Source of the DNA: a virus
Lineage: Duplodnaviria > Caudoviricetes
Reading direction: 5' to 3' (one strand)
DNA: 54,010 bases
IMG/VR virus record: IMGVR_UViG_3300028146_000003
Coordinates: 1 to 54,010 of that record
Shown: positions 1 to 9,620 of the stretch, one piece after another
Numbering within the stretch: the stretch's first letter is position 1
How the letters are laid out: each line of letters begins with the position of its first letter
Made by a program: the position numbers and the translations under genes
Notes under the pieces: generated by a model
What the model saw: only the letters and a program-made list of their open reading frames with translations
The model's database searches: none
Told to the model about the DNA's origin: nothing

Positions 1-127
1 CGATTCCATTCACAATCGAAGTGCCAAATGGAGGATTCCCGTGGCAGATGTGAAATCAACAGAGTACATGGACGGCTGGGCAGCCCACCAAAATAGGCGT
101 GTTTCTGGCGAAAATCCGTACAATGAA
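1..127 (+). repeat. Terminal 127-bp direct repeat, copy 1 (probable assembly circularisation overlap)
   Basis: CGATTCCATTCACAATCG...CCGTACAATGAA is identical to 53884-54010 and cuts through the primase C-terminus and the next gene. Confidence 0.95.
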
Positions 128-232
128 TGGACGCAAGCGCGCTCTTATACTCGTTGGTTGTCAGGATGGTGCGGCAGGTTTGAAGCCGTAAAGCACGGCA
201 AGCCTCTCGATCTGGACGAGGTCTATGATTGA
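41..232 (+). CDS. Small hypothetical protein (NPY...W..GW motif seen in small phage proteins)
   Basis: GTG start with a GGAGG RBS, overlapping the primase stop across the circular junction; ENPYNEW...WLSGW. Confidence 0.7.
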   Translation: MADVKSTEYMDGWAAHQNRRVSGENPYNEWTQARSYTRWLSGWCGRFEAVKHGKPLDLDEVYD

Positions 233-292
233 CACAAATGGCGAGTGGAGCGGCATTTGCGCGTGCGGTAAAAAGGAAATGGACGGACGGCA

Positions 293-499
293 ATGTTTCC
301 TTGGTGCCACCCACAAGCCTCTGAGCCCGCCTATGCCGTGGGCGACACCATCTATAGCGGCAGCGAAGCCGGCACCGTCGTTTCCGTGGACGAGCAACGA
401 AATACCATGGAAATAGTTTGGCACGACAGCGGCGATGGCAAACCGATAACGTACCCGATGGACGCGAGTTATTTACGAAAGCAGATGCCGTGGGACTGA
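293..499 (+). CDS. Hypothetical small beta-barrel (SH3/KOW-like) protein; overlapping ORF 225-416 is an alternative
   Basis: AVGDTIY...GTVVSVD...EIVW pattern; starts MFPW and ends MPWD. ORF 225-416 has a GAGG RBS, so the expressed frame is uncertain. Confidence 0.5.
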   Translation: MFPWCHPQASEPAYAVGDTIYSGSEAGTVVSVDEQRNTMEIVWHDSGDGKPITYPMDASYLRKQMPWD

Positions 500-666
500 C
501 CAGCAAAACAGGTGACGAACTTCGTGCGCTGGCCGACGCAATCAAATGCGCCAGCGAGGGAAGCCCGATCATAAATGTAGCGGGGCCGATCGTACGCAAC
601 TGCATTGACCACCTACGCGCCGTTGCGCGCATCCATGACCTTCAGCAGCCGGTGTGCCGTGACTGA
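418..666 (+). CDS. Hypothetical protein (true start probably GTG near 489)
   Basis: Amphipathic helical sequence in a run of coupled small ORFs. Confidence 0.5.
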   Translation: MARQRRWQTDNVPDGRELFTKADAVGLTSKTGDELRALADAIKCASEGSPIINVAGPIVRNCIDHLRAVARIHDLQQPVCRD

Positions 667-1108
667 TAACCGAGCAATGATTGAGTGCGACCAATGCGGA
701 GGCAGCGGTTTTGACACGCAAGGGTCAGGCTACGGAAACGTATGTAATAAGTGCGGGGGTCTTAAGGAATTTCCAGCGGCGCCTGACGATAAAGACACGC
801 CATTCCCGTGGGAACCACGCTCTCGATCGATCGAGGAAACCGTGGCGCTGTTGCAAGATGATTTCAGATACATCATCGCGCATACCGCCGTCATGGTACA
901 CTCAAACAACCCAGCAATGGTGTTCACGGCCAACACGCAACGCGGCCAGCTCATACCACACGGCGAGGTAAAATTCCTTGACGGCACGACGGTTGAGTTC
1001 CAAGATATCGGAATGCCGCAAGTAAACGCGCAGTACATGACTGTACAGCAGATTGCCTCGCGGGTGTGGAAACTGGCGAATGAACTTGGCCTGGAGTTGG
1101 CGAAATGA
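659..1108 (+). CDS. Hypothetical protein with a DnaJ-like CxxCxGxG zinc-finger pair
   Basis: CDQCGGSG...CNKCGG; start is GTG 659 or ATG 677. Confidence 0.65.
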   Translation: MTDNRAMIECDQCGGSGFDTQGSGYGNVCNKCGGLKEFPAAPDDKDTPFPWEPRSRSIEETVALLQDDFRYIIAHTAVMVHSNNPAMVFTANTQRGQLIPHGEVKFLDGTTVEFQDIGMPQVNAQYMTVQQIASRVWKLANELGLELAK

Positions 1109-1389
1109 ACATGGACGACGGGCTTAAAATCGAAACAGCGGCCGGCATCATAATCCGCGATGCGATACGCAAGCACACGGCTACCTTTGCGTTCGCAATC
1201 CAACGCAGCCGTCACGCCGGCAAGGATGTAGTCGCGGCGTACATCGATGGCTTGGCCGGCGCGATGGCGCTGGCAATCGCAGCCGGCCACGGCAGCAGAG
1301 AGGAAGTTGTTAACGCCACGTTAGCTAAATTGCGCGAAGCTCTTGACCGTGATTTGCAACACCTGGGGAAGCACGATGCCAAGCACTGA
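1105..1389 (+). CDS. Hypothetical protein
   Basis: ATGA overlap with the upstream gene, GGAG RBS, helical composition. Confidence 0.65.
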   Translation: MNMDDGLKIETAAGIIIRDAIRKHTATFAFAIQRSRHAGKDVVAAYIDGLAGAMALAIAAGHGSREEVVNATLAKLREALDRDLQHLGKHDAKH

Positions 1390-1570
1390 ACCTAACTCGC
1401 TGCCGTCGCTGTTTGACAGTTGGCAAGATTGGCGGCGCACGTACGCCATGTATGTTGACGATTTTAAGGATAGCGCCGATGAGGCAACGCTAAAAACAAA
1501 TCTCAAGCGTCTTGGCTTCGTTGGCGTCAATCTGGACCGCGAGATTGAGTCCATAAAAGAAAATCGCTAA
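1376..1570 (+). CDS. Hypothetical protein
   Basis: ATG 1376 overlaps the previous gene; stop abuts the helicase start. Confidence 0.6.
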   Translation: MPSTEPNSLPSLFDSWQDWRRTYAMYVDDFKDSADEATLKTNLKRLGFVGVNLDREIESIKENR

Positions 1571-3217
1571 ATGTACCCTGCCCCGCCCCTAGCACCCTTC
1601 ATACCGCGCCGCCACCAAACGGAAGGCGTACAGACGCTCGTCAACCACAATGGGCGATTCTCTGTGGCTGAGGTTTCAGTCGCTGGGGGCAAAAGCGCGA
1701 TGCTTGGAATGCTGGCGATCCACTACAGCCAGTTTGGCCGCGTGCTGATCGTCGCGCACAACAAGGAATTGGTTGTCCAAAATGCCGAAGCCTGCAAACA
1801 ACTTGGGTGTGTCCCTGGGGTCTGTTCCGCATCCATTAGCGTCAATGCCTTTGCCAGAGTCACAGTGGGAACTATCGGAACAATCGTTAGTAGACTACAC
1901 CTTTTCCGTGACGTGGTGGCGATTCTTGTGGATGAAGTCCACCGGACGCCGCCCGCCAAGTCGTCGCAATACCGGCGGCTTTTCGATAAGCTCGCGCAAA
2001 CCAAAGTCCACGGACTGACCGCGACACCATTCCGATCGGACGGCACTGGCGATCTTAACCGTACGTTCGGCCCCGTCGTTTTCAAATATACTTTCCTTGA
2101 CGCGCTCCGCGATGGCTACGTTAAGCCGCTGGTTCCGGTTGACGCTGGCGAGGATGAGACAATCGAGGTTGACGGGCTGAAGACCGTAGCCGGCGATTTC
2201 GACATGGACGAGATGGCGCCGCGCGCAATCAAGCTCTCGCCAAGCCACGCCAAAACCATCCTTGACGTGATGCAGAAATACAATCGGCGCCGCGTGCTGG
2301 TGTTTTGCTGCAATATCGAGCACGTCGATCGGATGGATGCCGAGCTGCACAAACTCGGTGCTTCCGTTGTTGGCGTGCATTCGCGTTCGATCACGGGAAA
2401 GCGCGATAAGGCAGTGGATGCGTTCAAAGCCGGCCGTGCGGAGATCCTTGTATCGTGCAACATGTTCACGACTGGCTTTAACGTAATTGACATCGATTAC
2501 ATGGCGTTCTGCCGAGCTACCAAATCCGCCGTGCTGTACGCGCAATCCCTAGGACGTGGCGCCCGAATAACGCCGTACGCCGCTAACTGTCTTGTGTCGG
2601 ATTTCGGCGGCAACATTGCGCGTCACGGCACCCTTGACGCCGTTATGGCAGCGCCCGGCCGGCTGCTCGAATGCGAAGCCGTCGTCGGAAGTGACATGCT
2701 TTGTGGGACCGAATGGGAAACTTGGGAAAACGGCAAGACGTGCCCGAAGTGTCAAACGCTGCACCGTAGCGCGCCGAAGTGCAAGAGCTGCGACGAACGG
2801 TTTGACCCGCATTTTCACGGCATGCGCTGCCCGCACTGCGGACAGCAACAATCCGAAATCAAGACGTGCGCAGCGTGCGAGGAAACGTACGCGGCGTTCC
2901 TGCACCCGCTTTGCCCGTTCTGCGGTTTCGATAACACCGTGGTCATGGCAGCCGGCAAGGATCTGAAAATGCGCGGCGGCGCTAACGAAGCCGTCAACAT
3001 TCGCAAGATCGTGGAAAGCAACCCTTGGCAGGAGATCGTCAGTCCGCCGGTCAAGAACCCTTCGGGTGGCTGGACTTTGACGACACGCTACACCACGGCA
3101 CTGTGGAATTACGAAGTTCTGCCCGACGTACATTCCGTATGCCTCAAGCGTGCGGCCAATGGTCGTTACATCGCGGCCGGGCTGTACGATAGGCAAGGCG
3201 TGATTCATCAAAAATAG
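1571..3217 (+). CDS. Superfamily 2 DNA helicase (RadD/YejH-like) with C-terminal zinc ribbons
   Basis: Walker A VSVAGGKS, DEVH, GLTATPFR, FTTGFN, QSLGRGAR; multiple CxxC pairs. Confidence 0.9.
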   Translation: MYPAPPLAPFIPRRHQTEGVQTLVNHNGRFSVAEVSVAGGKSAMLGMLAIHYSQFGRVLIVAHNKELVVQNAEACKQLGCVPGVCSASISVNAFARVTVGTIGTIVSRLHLFRDVVAILVDEVHRTPPAKSSQYRRLFDKLAQTKVHGLTATPFRSDGTGDLNRTFGPVVFKYTFLDALRDGYVKPLVPVDAGEDETIEVDGLKTVAGDFDMDEMAPRAIKLSPSHAKTILDVMQKYNRRRVLVFCCNIEHVDRMDAELHKLGASVVGVHSRSITGKRDKAVDAFKAGRAEILVSCNMFTTGFNVIDIDYMAFCRATKSAVLYAQSLGRGARITPYAANCLVSDFGGNIARHGTLDAVMAAPGRLLECEAVVGSDMLCGTEWETWENGKTCPKCQTLHRSAPKCKSCDERFDPHFHGMRCPHCGQQQSEIKTCAACEETYAAFLHPLCPFCGFDNTVVMAAGKDLKMRGGANEAVNIRKIVESNPWQEIVSPPVKNPSGGWTLTTRYTTALWNYEVLPDVHSVCLKRAANGRYIAAGLYDRQGVIHQK

Positions 3218-3297
3218 CGTGTACGGAAAATAGGGTGTTGACGCCGCCCTAAATCCTTGTCATACATTTGCGTCATCAACCATGGAGAGGACGAAAA

Positions 3298-3729
3298 ATG
3301 AAGATCACGGTCGAATTCGAGAACGAAGCGGAGTTCAAAGCGCGAATCAAGAACCCGCGCGGCGGCAAGGACGACGACACCCCGCCGACCACTACGCAGG
3401 CCCCGGCACCGCTGATGCCGCCCCAAGGCCAGCCGCAGGCGTTTGGCGTGGCACCCCCGCCGGCCGCGTTCACGCCGCCGCCGACGCAGGGCGGCTTCCT
3501 TGGGGCGCCCGCAAGCGATCCGGTGGCTGCCGGGCTCGTCCAGCGCATCACGGCCCGCATTGATGGCGCTATTGCCAGCGGCCAGCCTGCCGACGCGGTG
3601 CTGAACTGGTTCCGAGGCCAGTGCGGCGCGGAAGCTGCCGGGGCCACCATGGAGCAGATCAAGACGGTTTTCCTGCCTAAGCTCGCGGTGCCGGGGCTGG
3701 AGAATATCGCCAAGCTGATGAACGCCTGA
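3298..3729 (+). CDS. Pro-rich hypothetical protein of the replication module
   Basis: GGAGAGG RBS; TTGACG promoter-like sequence upstream; followed by a GC hairpin at about 3744-3771. Confidence 0.7.
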   Translation: MKITVEFENEAEFKARIKNPRGGKDDDTPPTTTQAPAPLMPPQGQPQAFGVAPPPAAFTPPPTQGGFLGAPASDPVAAGLVQRITARIDGAIASGQPADAVLNWFRGQCGAEAAGATMEQIKTVFLPKLAVPGLENIAKLMNA

Positions 3730-3795
3730 TCAGGGCGTCCTTGGGGGCGGTGAACAGATGCACGCCGCCCCCTAAACTTCAAAAAGGTCCGTACG

Positions 3796-4053
3796 ATGCT
3801 CCGCGCCCATGCAAATACGCCGGTCAGTGAATTTATAGCGCAGTTGCGCACGTACGTCATTGCGATGGGGCTAAGTACTCAGGTTGTGGACATCGTTGAT
3901 GAACTGGCGGATATGGACGAAATAGAACATACCGACGCGGGGCAGATGAGAGACAATATTCTAACGGCTGTGAAAAAATATTTCGATGGCAACCCGTCAC
4001 CGCTGTCTGAAAAGCTAAAAACCGCGTTAATTAACGTCATCGAGGCAGTATGA
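3796..4053 (+). CDS. Hypothetical protein
   Basis: Coupled by ATGA to the DUF2800 gene. Confidence 0.6.
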   Translation: MLRAHANTPVSEFIAQLRTYVIAMGLSTQVVDIVDELADMDEIEHTDAGQMRDNILTAVKKYFDGNPSPLSEKLKTALINVIEAV

Positions 4054-5033
4054 TGGCCCACGCAATTTTCGCACCCTCGTCAGCCGCAACGTGGCTCGAA
4101 TGCTCTTTCAGCGCACGCAACAGCGTACCGGAAGCACCAAAGCCGCTGAAAACGCAACTCGCCGCTGACGAAGGCACGCGAGGTCATGAATTGCTGGCCT
4201 TAGCTGTCGCGGAGCACGCATTTCCCGACGACGTCGATAGCAAAGCCGAAGCCGTCGCATTGGGTGTCGATTTTGTACAGCGACTTGAGCCCGGCGAGCT
4301 GTATACGGAATTGAAAGTTGAGCTAGCGCACGAATGCGGCGGCACAACGGATCTTTTCAACGACCATCCGAATATCGCTACCGTTGTCGATTACAAGTTT
4401 GGCAAGTGGGACGTTGACGCTTACCACAACAAGCAGATGCTGACATACGCCGCTGCGCTGCTTAACCAGTGCGAAGCCGAGTGGTGGCGCCTTGTGATTT
4501 TCCAGCCGAACGGCTTGGACGAAACGCCCTTTAAGCAGTGGGTCGCGCATCGCAGCGAAGTCATTGCGCACCGTGGCCGCGTGCTACGCCAGATCGCCGA
4601 TCGCAGCGCGCCGCGCCCCGGTCCTTGGTGCCGCTGGTGCAATGCGTTCCAGCAATGCCCGGCCATGGCGACCGACGCCGGTTTCGTCATGGGAGCCATG
4701 TCGCGCGCCCCTGAGACCCTGACAAGCGAGGAACTTGTACGGCTGTTGCGAATCATCCGTGCGCTTGGCGACGTAAAGGCCGTTTATGACGACGCACTCC
4801 TAGTAAAAATGAAGCTAGGTCACCTACCTGCCGGGGCTTCGCTAGGGCCGGGGCGAAGTTTTAGGCAATGGAACAACCCGGAGCAAGCTGCAGAGATCGT
4901 TGCGCAGCATCATGGCATCCGCGCGCTAAAGCCGCCCTCACCGGCCCAGGCTGAAAAACTTAGCGCTGCGATGAAGCAATACGTCGCGGTTGGTGCGCAT
5001 AAACCCGAAGCACCACAAAAGGCTTTTTATTAA
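4050..5033 (+). CDS. DUF2800 / PD-(D/E)xK Cas4-like exonuclease
   Basis: HAIFAPSSAATWLEC, ADEGTRGH, GTTD, VVDYKFG, NKQMLTYA, PGPWCRWC...C. Confidence 0.88.
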   Translation: MMAHAIFAPSSAATWLECSFSARNSVPEAPKPLKTQLAADEGTRGHELLALAVAEHAFPDDVDSKAEAVALGVDFVQRLEPGELYTELKVELAHECGGTTDLFNDHPNIATVVDYKFGKWDVDAYHNKQMLTYAAALLNQCEAEWWRLVIFQPNGLDETPFKQWVAHRSEVIAHRGRVLRQIADRSAPRPGPWCRWCNAFQQCPAMATDAGFVMGAMSRAPETLTSEELVRLLRIIRALGDVKAVYDDALLVKMKLGHLPAGASLGPGRSFRQWNNPEQAAEIVAQHHGIRALKPPSPAQAEKLSAAMKQYVAVGAHKPEAPQKAFY

Positions 5034-5567
5034 ATGTTTTACGCATACTTACATATCGACCCGAGGGACGGAACCGTTCGTTACGTCGGAGTCGGATCTA
5101 AGTCGCGCGGCTTTGATTGGAACGGTCGCGCGCCGGTCCACGTCGCATGGATAGCAGAACTTGATGCGCTGGACTTGGAGCCCGTCGTCGCGTTTCCGTT
5201 TAGGACGCGCAACAGAGACGAAGCTTTTGAAGCCGAACGAGACCTAATAAGATTTCACAGAGCGTACGGATCGCCACTTTTCAACATTACGGACGGGGGT
5301 TTAGGAACCGCTGGACTTAAGCAATCTCAAGAGCAAAAAGAAAAGCTGCGCGCCATCCAGATAGCAAAATGGTTGTTTGATCCTGAGTTTCGGGCGCGAC
5401 GGCTACCCGACATGGCGAAAGCTCGTGCAGCTAGAAACAGGAGTCCAAAGCAAATAGCGGCCGTAACTAAGCACCCACAAATCAATGGTTCGCCTTGCAG
5501 AAAATGCGGTGGGACGCTGCGCTACAAAACAAGCCGAAATTGCGTCAACTGCGCTAGGAAACCATAG
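5034..5567 (+). CDS. GIY-YIG-like free-standing (homing) endonuclease
   Basis: FYAYLH...VRYVGVG, EAFEAERDLI, LFNITDGGLG; C-terminal CxxC...CxxC. Confidence 0.75.
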   Translation: MFYAYLHIDPRDGTVRYVGVGSKSRGFDWNGRAPVHVAWIAELDALDLEPVVAFPFRTRNRDEAFEAERDLIRFHRAYGSPLFNITDGGLGTAGLKQSQEQKEKLRAIQIAKWLFDPEFRARRLPDMAKARAARNRSPKQIAAVTKHPQINGSPCRKCGGTLRYKTSRNCVNCARKP

Positions 5568-5568
5568 C

Positions 5569-5766
5569 ATGCGCGAATGGGCGTCTCCGTCCGAAGCTTG
5601 GCAGCGCGGGTTCCGCGATGGCTTCCTTGGCGTTGACGACACGCCCGTTGAACAGTTTCACGGCGCCTACGAAATTGGGCAAATATCTGGAATGGCCGAA
5701 CGCAGGCACTTGACCAACGCCAACCGTACACCTACACTACCCACGTTGATAAATTGGCAAACTTGA
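5569..5766 (+). CDS. Hypothetical protein
   Basis: Fills the gap between the endonuclease and SSB genes; WQRGFRDG motif. Confidence 0.5.
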   Translation: MREWASPSEAWQRGFRDGFLGVDDTPVEQFHGAYEIGQISGMAERRHLTNANRTPTLPTLINWQT

Positions 5767-5783
5767 AACTGGAGAACTGACAA

Positions 5784-6566
5784 ATGGCACAGCGACAATA
5801 TGAGCCTTTTACCTTGTTCAATGTTCGCATTGTGGACATGCGAAACTTGTGGACGCCGTCCGACACGTTTAACGGGCAGAAACAGCAGAAGGCGAGCTAC
5901 TTTGCTGGCTTCATCGTCCAAAAAACGCAGCCGCAGTGGCACCTAGAGCCTGCATTGACAGGGCTGACTCAAGCGCTCGGGAAGATATACGCCAACAATC
6001 CGCAAATCATCGATTGGCGCATAGCGGATGGTGACGTGCCGAACGCTAAAGGCCAGTCCTCAGAATTCGCCAAAGGCCATTGGCTGTTCAACGGATCTAG
6101 CGACAGGCCGATCAAGGTCGAGCTGGCGCAGGCCCCTAGCGGCGCGCTGGTGGAACTGAAGAACAAAGTCGGCGTGAAGTCCGGAGACTACTGCATGATC
6201 GGCGGCTCCGTGGCTGTTAGCTTGCAGAATAGCCGGGCGGCGAAGATTTACCTTAACGCCGTCGTGTTTTCGTCGCCCGGCGAGGAAATCGTGTTTGCCA
6301 ACTCCGTCAGCGGTGCCGAACTGATGCGAATGGCGGAACAGCAGGGCTTGCGGCCGACGGGCTTCAGTCCGTCGCCCGGTGGGTTTGCGCCGCAGCCATT
6401 TGGTGGAGCGCCTGGGGGTTTTACGCCGCCGGCTGGGGGGTTTGCCCCGGCACCGGCCACCCCTGCAAGCCCGAACTTCGGTGCCCCGGCCCCGAGTGGT
6501 GGGGCTTTCGGTGGGCCTGCCGGATTCCCTTCTAGCGCGCCGGTAAATCCGTTTGGTCCGCGTTGA
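5784..6566 (+). CDS. DUF2815-type single-stranded DNA-binding protein with a Gly/Pro/Phe-rich tail
   Basis: IADGD, KGHWLF, SGDY, IYLNAV motifs; lies between DUF2800 and PolA; GGAG RBS. Confidence 0.75.
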   Translation: MAQRQYEPFTLFNVRIVDMRNLWTPSDTFNGQKQQKASYFAGFIVQKTQPQWHLEPALTGLTQALGKIYANNPQIIDWRIADGDVPNAKGQSSEFAKGHWLFNGSSDRPIKVELAQAPSGALVELKNKVGVKSGDYCMIGGSVAVSLQNSRAAKIYLNAVVFSSPGEEIVFANSVSGAELMRMAEQQGLRPTGFSPSPGGFAPQPFGGAPGGFTPPAGGFAPAPATPASPNFGAPAPSGGAFGGPAGFPSSAPVNPFGPR

Positions 6567-6574
6567 GTGAGTAG

Positions 6575-6604
6575 GGAGGGGCGTGTACGTGCCCCTCCTA
6601 TTTC
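6575..6604 (+). terminator. Hairpin/terminator between SSB and DNA polymerase
   Basis: GGAGGGGC-GTGTACGT-GCCCCTCC followed by TATTT. Confidence 0.55.
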
Positions 6605-6607
6605 ACC

Positions 6608-8551
6608 ATGCCACACCCTGACGATCTCCTATGCGATTTCGAGACGCGCTCGCGTACGGACCTTAAACGGGCCGGCGCAAGGCGCTATGCGGCCGACCCA
6701 TCCACGGGCGTAACTTGCGTTGCATGGGAGTTCCGTGGCGTCGAAAAGACCGCCTGCCCCGTACATCCGTTTTTAGGTACGCATACGCTCGCGGACCTGT
6801 ACACCGACGCGCGGCAGTGCCGACGCTTCATCGCGCACCACGCAAATTTTGATGTGGCGATCTTACGCGCCGTGAACCCATTCCTTGACTTGCCGCTATC
6901 GAAGATCGATTGCACCATGGCACGCGCTCAAGCATTGGCGCTGCCCGGCGGCTTGGAACAAGTCTGCCGTACGCTTGGGATCGAAGGCAAGAGCCCCGAA
7001 GGCCACGCGCTGGTCATGGCGACGTGCAAGCCCCAAAAGGACGGCACGTTTAACGAAGATGTCGAGACGTACCGCAAGCTGGTGGCATACTGCCTACGCG
7101 ACAAACGCGCTTTGAAAGGCGTTGACGAACGCCTGCCGCCATTGACCGATCACGAACGCCTGATCTTCGAACGTACGTGGCGGAAGAACGAAATCGGGTT
7201 GCCGATCGACGTACACCTAGCAACCGCCATCGCCATGCGTCGGCAGGAAATTGAGCAAGAGAGCACCGCAACGCTCATGGAGCTGACGCAGAACGCGGTA
7301 ACAAAGCTGTCGCAGCGCCAGCGGATTATCGAATGGTGTAACAGCGGCAATCGCGCCGCCGGGCTGGAGAGCACGCAGAAACACATCGTCGCGGAAAAGC
7401 TGGCGGATGAAAACTTGCATCCCGACGTACGGATAGTTCTGGAACTGCTGCAATCCGAAGGCGGTTCCGCGCCACTGAAAGCACAAGCGCTACTTGACCG
7501 CCATGTGAGCGGTTTTTACAAAGACGCAACCCGGTACTTCGGCGCCCGATCAGGCAGAGGTACGTCAGAGGGCGTCAATACGTTCAACATCGCCCGGCCA
7601 TCCGGTAAATACGATGGGCGAGACGGGCGCCCCACGATCGATAGCGTAATTCAGGGCCTCAAAGCCGGTTTCAAGTACAACAATATCGCGCTTACGGATT
7701 GCTTGCGCAGCCTGATCGTTGCGCCTGACGGTTGGATGATTTGCGACAACGACGAAAGTAACGCAGAATACCGTATTGCCATGTGGATGGCCGGTGACGC
7801 TGCTCGCTTAGCGGAACTCGCCAAAGGCGTAGACGCCGACCCGTACATATACAACGCAATTGCCATGGGGCGCTGCCCGCCGGGTTCCACTAAAAAGACG
7901 CATCCGCACGAACGGCAAAGTTACAAATCGGTGACGCTTGGCGGCAATTACCAGCTAGGCTGGAAAACCTACATGGCGCACCAGCGCCGCGCCGGCAATA
8001 ACATGGATGAGATCAAGGCCCGTTCCGATATCGACGGCTATCGCCAAGCAAACCCGTTGCTGGTGTCGCTATGGTACGCGCTTGCCGATGCGTTCAAATT
8101 CGCCATCTATGAGCAGCCGGGCCGCGTCTTTCCCGCCGGCAAAGTCGCATTTCAGAAAGACGCACACGGTACGGTATGGATGTTGTTGCCATCCGGTCGC
8201 GCGGTGCCGCACTACTCGGCACACATCACGTACGGCGGCGAAATGGCGTTCTTCAGAGGGAAATTTGGGGCGATGTTACGCCAGCGCGCTTTTGGAGGCT
8301 CTTTGCTGGAAATTGCGTGCCAATCCATGACGCGCGACCTTGTGACGGCAGCCGAAGCCGACATCGAGCGCGAACTGCCCGACGTGGTTTTGATCTTGGA
8401 TGTTTATGACTCGATTTTAGCTCTTGCGCGTACGGACGTTGCTGGTGTACGGTCGCAACAAATGCGCGAGATCATGCGGCGCCCGCGCTCTTGGACTTCG
8501 GGGCTGCCCTTGGATTGCGAAGGGTACGAAAGTCAGAGAATGTCGCGATGA
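6608..8551 (+). CDS. Family A DNA polymerase with 3'-5' exonuclease domain
   Basis: DFETRS and HHANFD exonuclease motifs; motif A DESNAEYR, motif B RQSYKSVTLGGNY, motif C DVYDS. Confidence 0.9.
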   Translation: MPHPDDLLCDFETRSRTDLKRAGARRYAADPSTGVTCVAWEFRGVEKTACPVHPFLGTHTLADLYTDARQCRRFIAHHANFDVAILRAVNPFLDLPLSKIDCTMARAQALALPGGLEQVCRTLGIEGKSPEGHALVMATCKPQKDGTFNEDVETYRKLVAYCLRDKRALKGVDERLPPLTDHERLIFERTWRKNEIGLPIDVHLATAIAMRRQEIEQESTATLMELTQNAVTKLSQRQRIIEWCNSGNRAAGLESTQKHIVAEKLADENLHPDVRIVLELLQSEGGSAPLKAQALLDRHVSGFYKDATRYFGARSGRGTSEGVNTFNIARPSGKYDGRDGRPTIDSVIQGLKAGFKYNNIALTDCLRSLIVAPDGWMICDNDESNAEYRIAMWMAGDAARLAELAKGVDADPYIYNAIAMGRCPPGSTKKTHPHERQSYKSVTLGGNYQLGWKTYMAHQRRAGNNMDEIKARSDIDGYRQANPLLVSLWYALADAFKFAIYEQPGRVFPAGKVAFQKDAHGTVWMLLPSGRAVPHYSAHITYGGEMAFFRGKFGAMLRQRAFGGSLLEIACQSMTRDLVTAAEADIERELPDVVLILDVYDSILALARTDVAGVRSQQMREIMRRPRSWTSGLPLDCEGYESQRMSR

Positions 8552-9120
8552 CAATCCTGCAAGCAGCCAACAATGGAGGCGATCGGCGGGAGAATGATTT
8601 TTACCCAACGCCTGCGGAATGCACGATGGCACTCCTGCCAGTAATCGCTCACTGGCCTAAGACGGTATGGGAGCCAAGCTGCGGCGATGGCGGAATTGCA
8701 AAAGTCCTAAGCAACGCCGGATTTCAAGTCATCGGAACGGATCTTGTTGATCGCGGTTACGGATCTGGTGGAATCGACTTCCTAAAAACTCCGTGGCGCT
8801 GCGCTGGCGCAATCGTTACCAACCCTCCGTTCGGCACCAGCGTTTCGGCATTCATAAAGCACGCGCTGGATCTCGACACGCCGTACATTGCCATGCTAGT
8901 AAACGTCAACCTATGGCACGCCGCTAACCGTACAAAATTATGGCATCGGCGCCTGCCCGAAGCCGTCTATGCGCTGTGTTGGAAGCCTGATTTTACGGGA
9001 GCCGGAAGGCCGTATTTTAATTGCGTGTGGACCGTCTGGGGTCCTGGAGCCGCGCCGTACACACGCTACGAACGGCTTGCCAAACCTAAGCCTGTTGCAT
9101 TTCCATGGGTCGCACCATGA
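8548..9120 (+). CDS. DNA N6-adenine methyltransferase
   Basis: DFYPTP, VWEPSCGDG (SAM binding), IVTNPPF (catalytic); ATGA overlap with the polymerase gene. Confidence 0.88.
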   Translation: MTILQAANNGGDRRENDFYPTPAECTMALLPVIAHWPKTVWEPSCGDGGIAKVLSNAGFQVIGTDLVDRGYGSGGIDFLKTPWRCAGAIVTNPPFGTSVSAFIKHALDLDTPYIAMLVNVNLWHAANRTKLWHRRLPEAVYALCWKPDFTGAGRPYFNCVWTVWGPGAAPYTRYERLAKPKPVAFPWVAP

Positions 9121-9620
9121 CCGCACAAGTCGGCCGCTTCACTCTTCGCGACCTGAACCCGTGGGAAGGCCCCGCACTATTCGTGATGACAGGCAATCCC
9201 GACGTGACGCGCTACCTGGGTTTCCGTACGCACGAATCAGTAGACGAAGCAACGCAGCTCATAGAGACCTACCGCAACAGCCTAGCGAAGTGGCAAGGTA
9301 TCTACTCTGAAAATGAACTGCTAGGCGCCGTCGGTTTGGAAGTTGCGCGGCATCAGGCAACCATGTCGATCATGTTCCGGCCTGACTGGAAAGCGCGCGG
9401 CGCCGGCCGGGAGTTCTGCCGGCCGTTCGTGCAATGGATTTTCACGCACCCGCAAACGTGGCGGCTGTGGACATACGTTCACACAAGCAACATCCCAGGC
9501 CAGCGCATGACCGAGCGTATGGGCGCCATGCGCGAAGGACTGTTGCGACGATTCGAGTTTTTTCCGAATGTCAGTACGGAGCCGCAAGACTGTTTTGTCT
9601 ACTCGATCGTACGCAACTAA
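9117..9620 (+). CDS. GNAT acetyltransferase (RimJ/RimL-like)
   Basis: WKARGAG acetyl-CoA loop, NIPGQRMTERMGAMREGLLRR. Confidence 0.85.
   Translation: MTAQVGRFTLRDLNPWEGPALFVMTGNPDVTRYLGFRTHESVDEATQLIETYRNSLAKWQGIYSENELLGAVGLEVARHQATMSIMFRPDWKARGAGREFCRPFVQWIFTHPQTWRLWTYVHTSNIPGQRMTERMGAMREGLLRRFEFFPNVSTEPQDCFVYSIVRN

Noticed and set aside
4050-5033. Cas4-like nuclease as part of a CRISPR system
   Set aside because: No repeat-spacer array or other cas genes were seen; DUF2800-SSB-PolA is a standard phage replication module.
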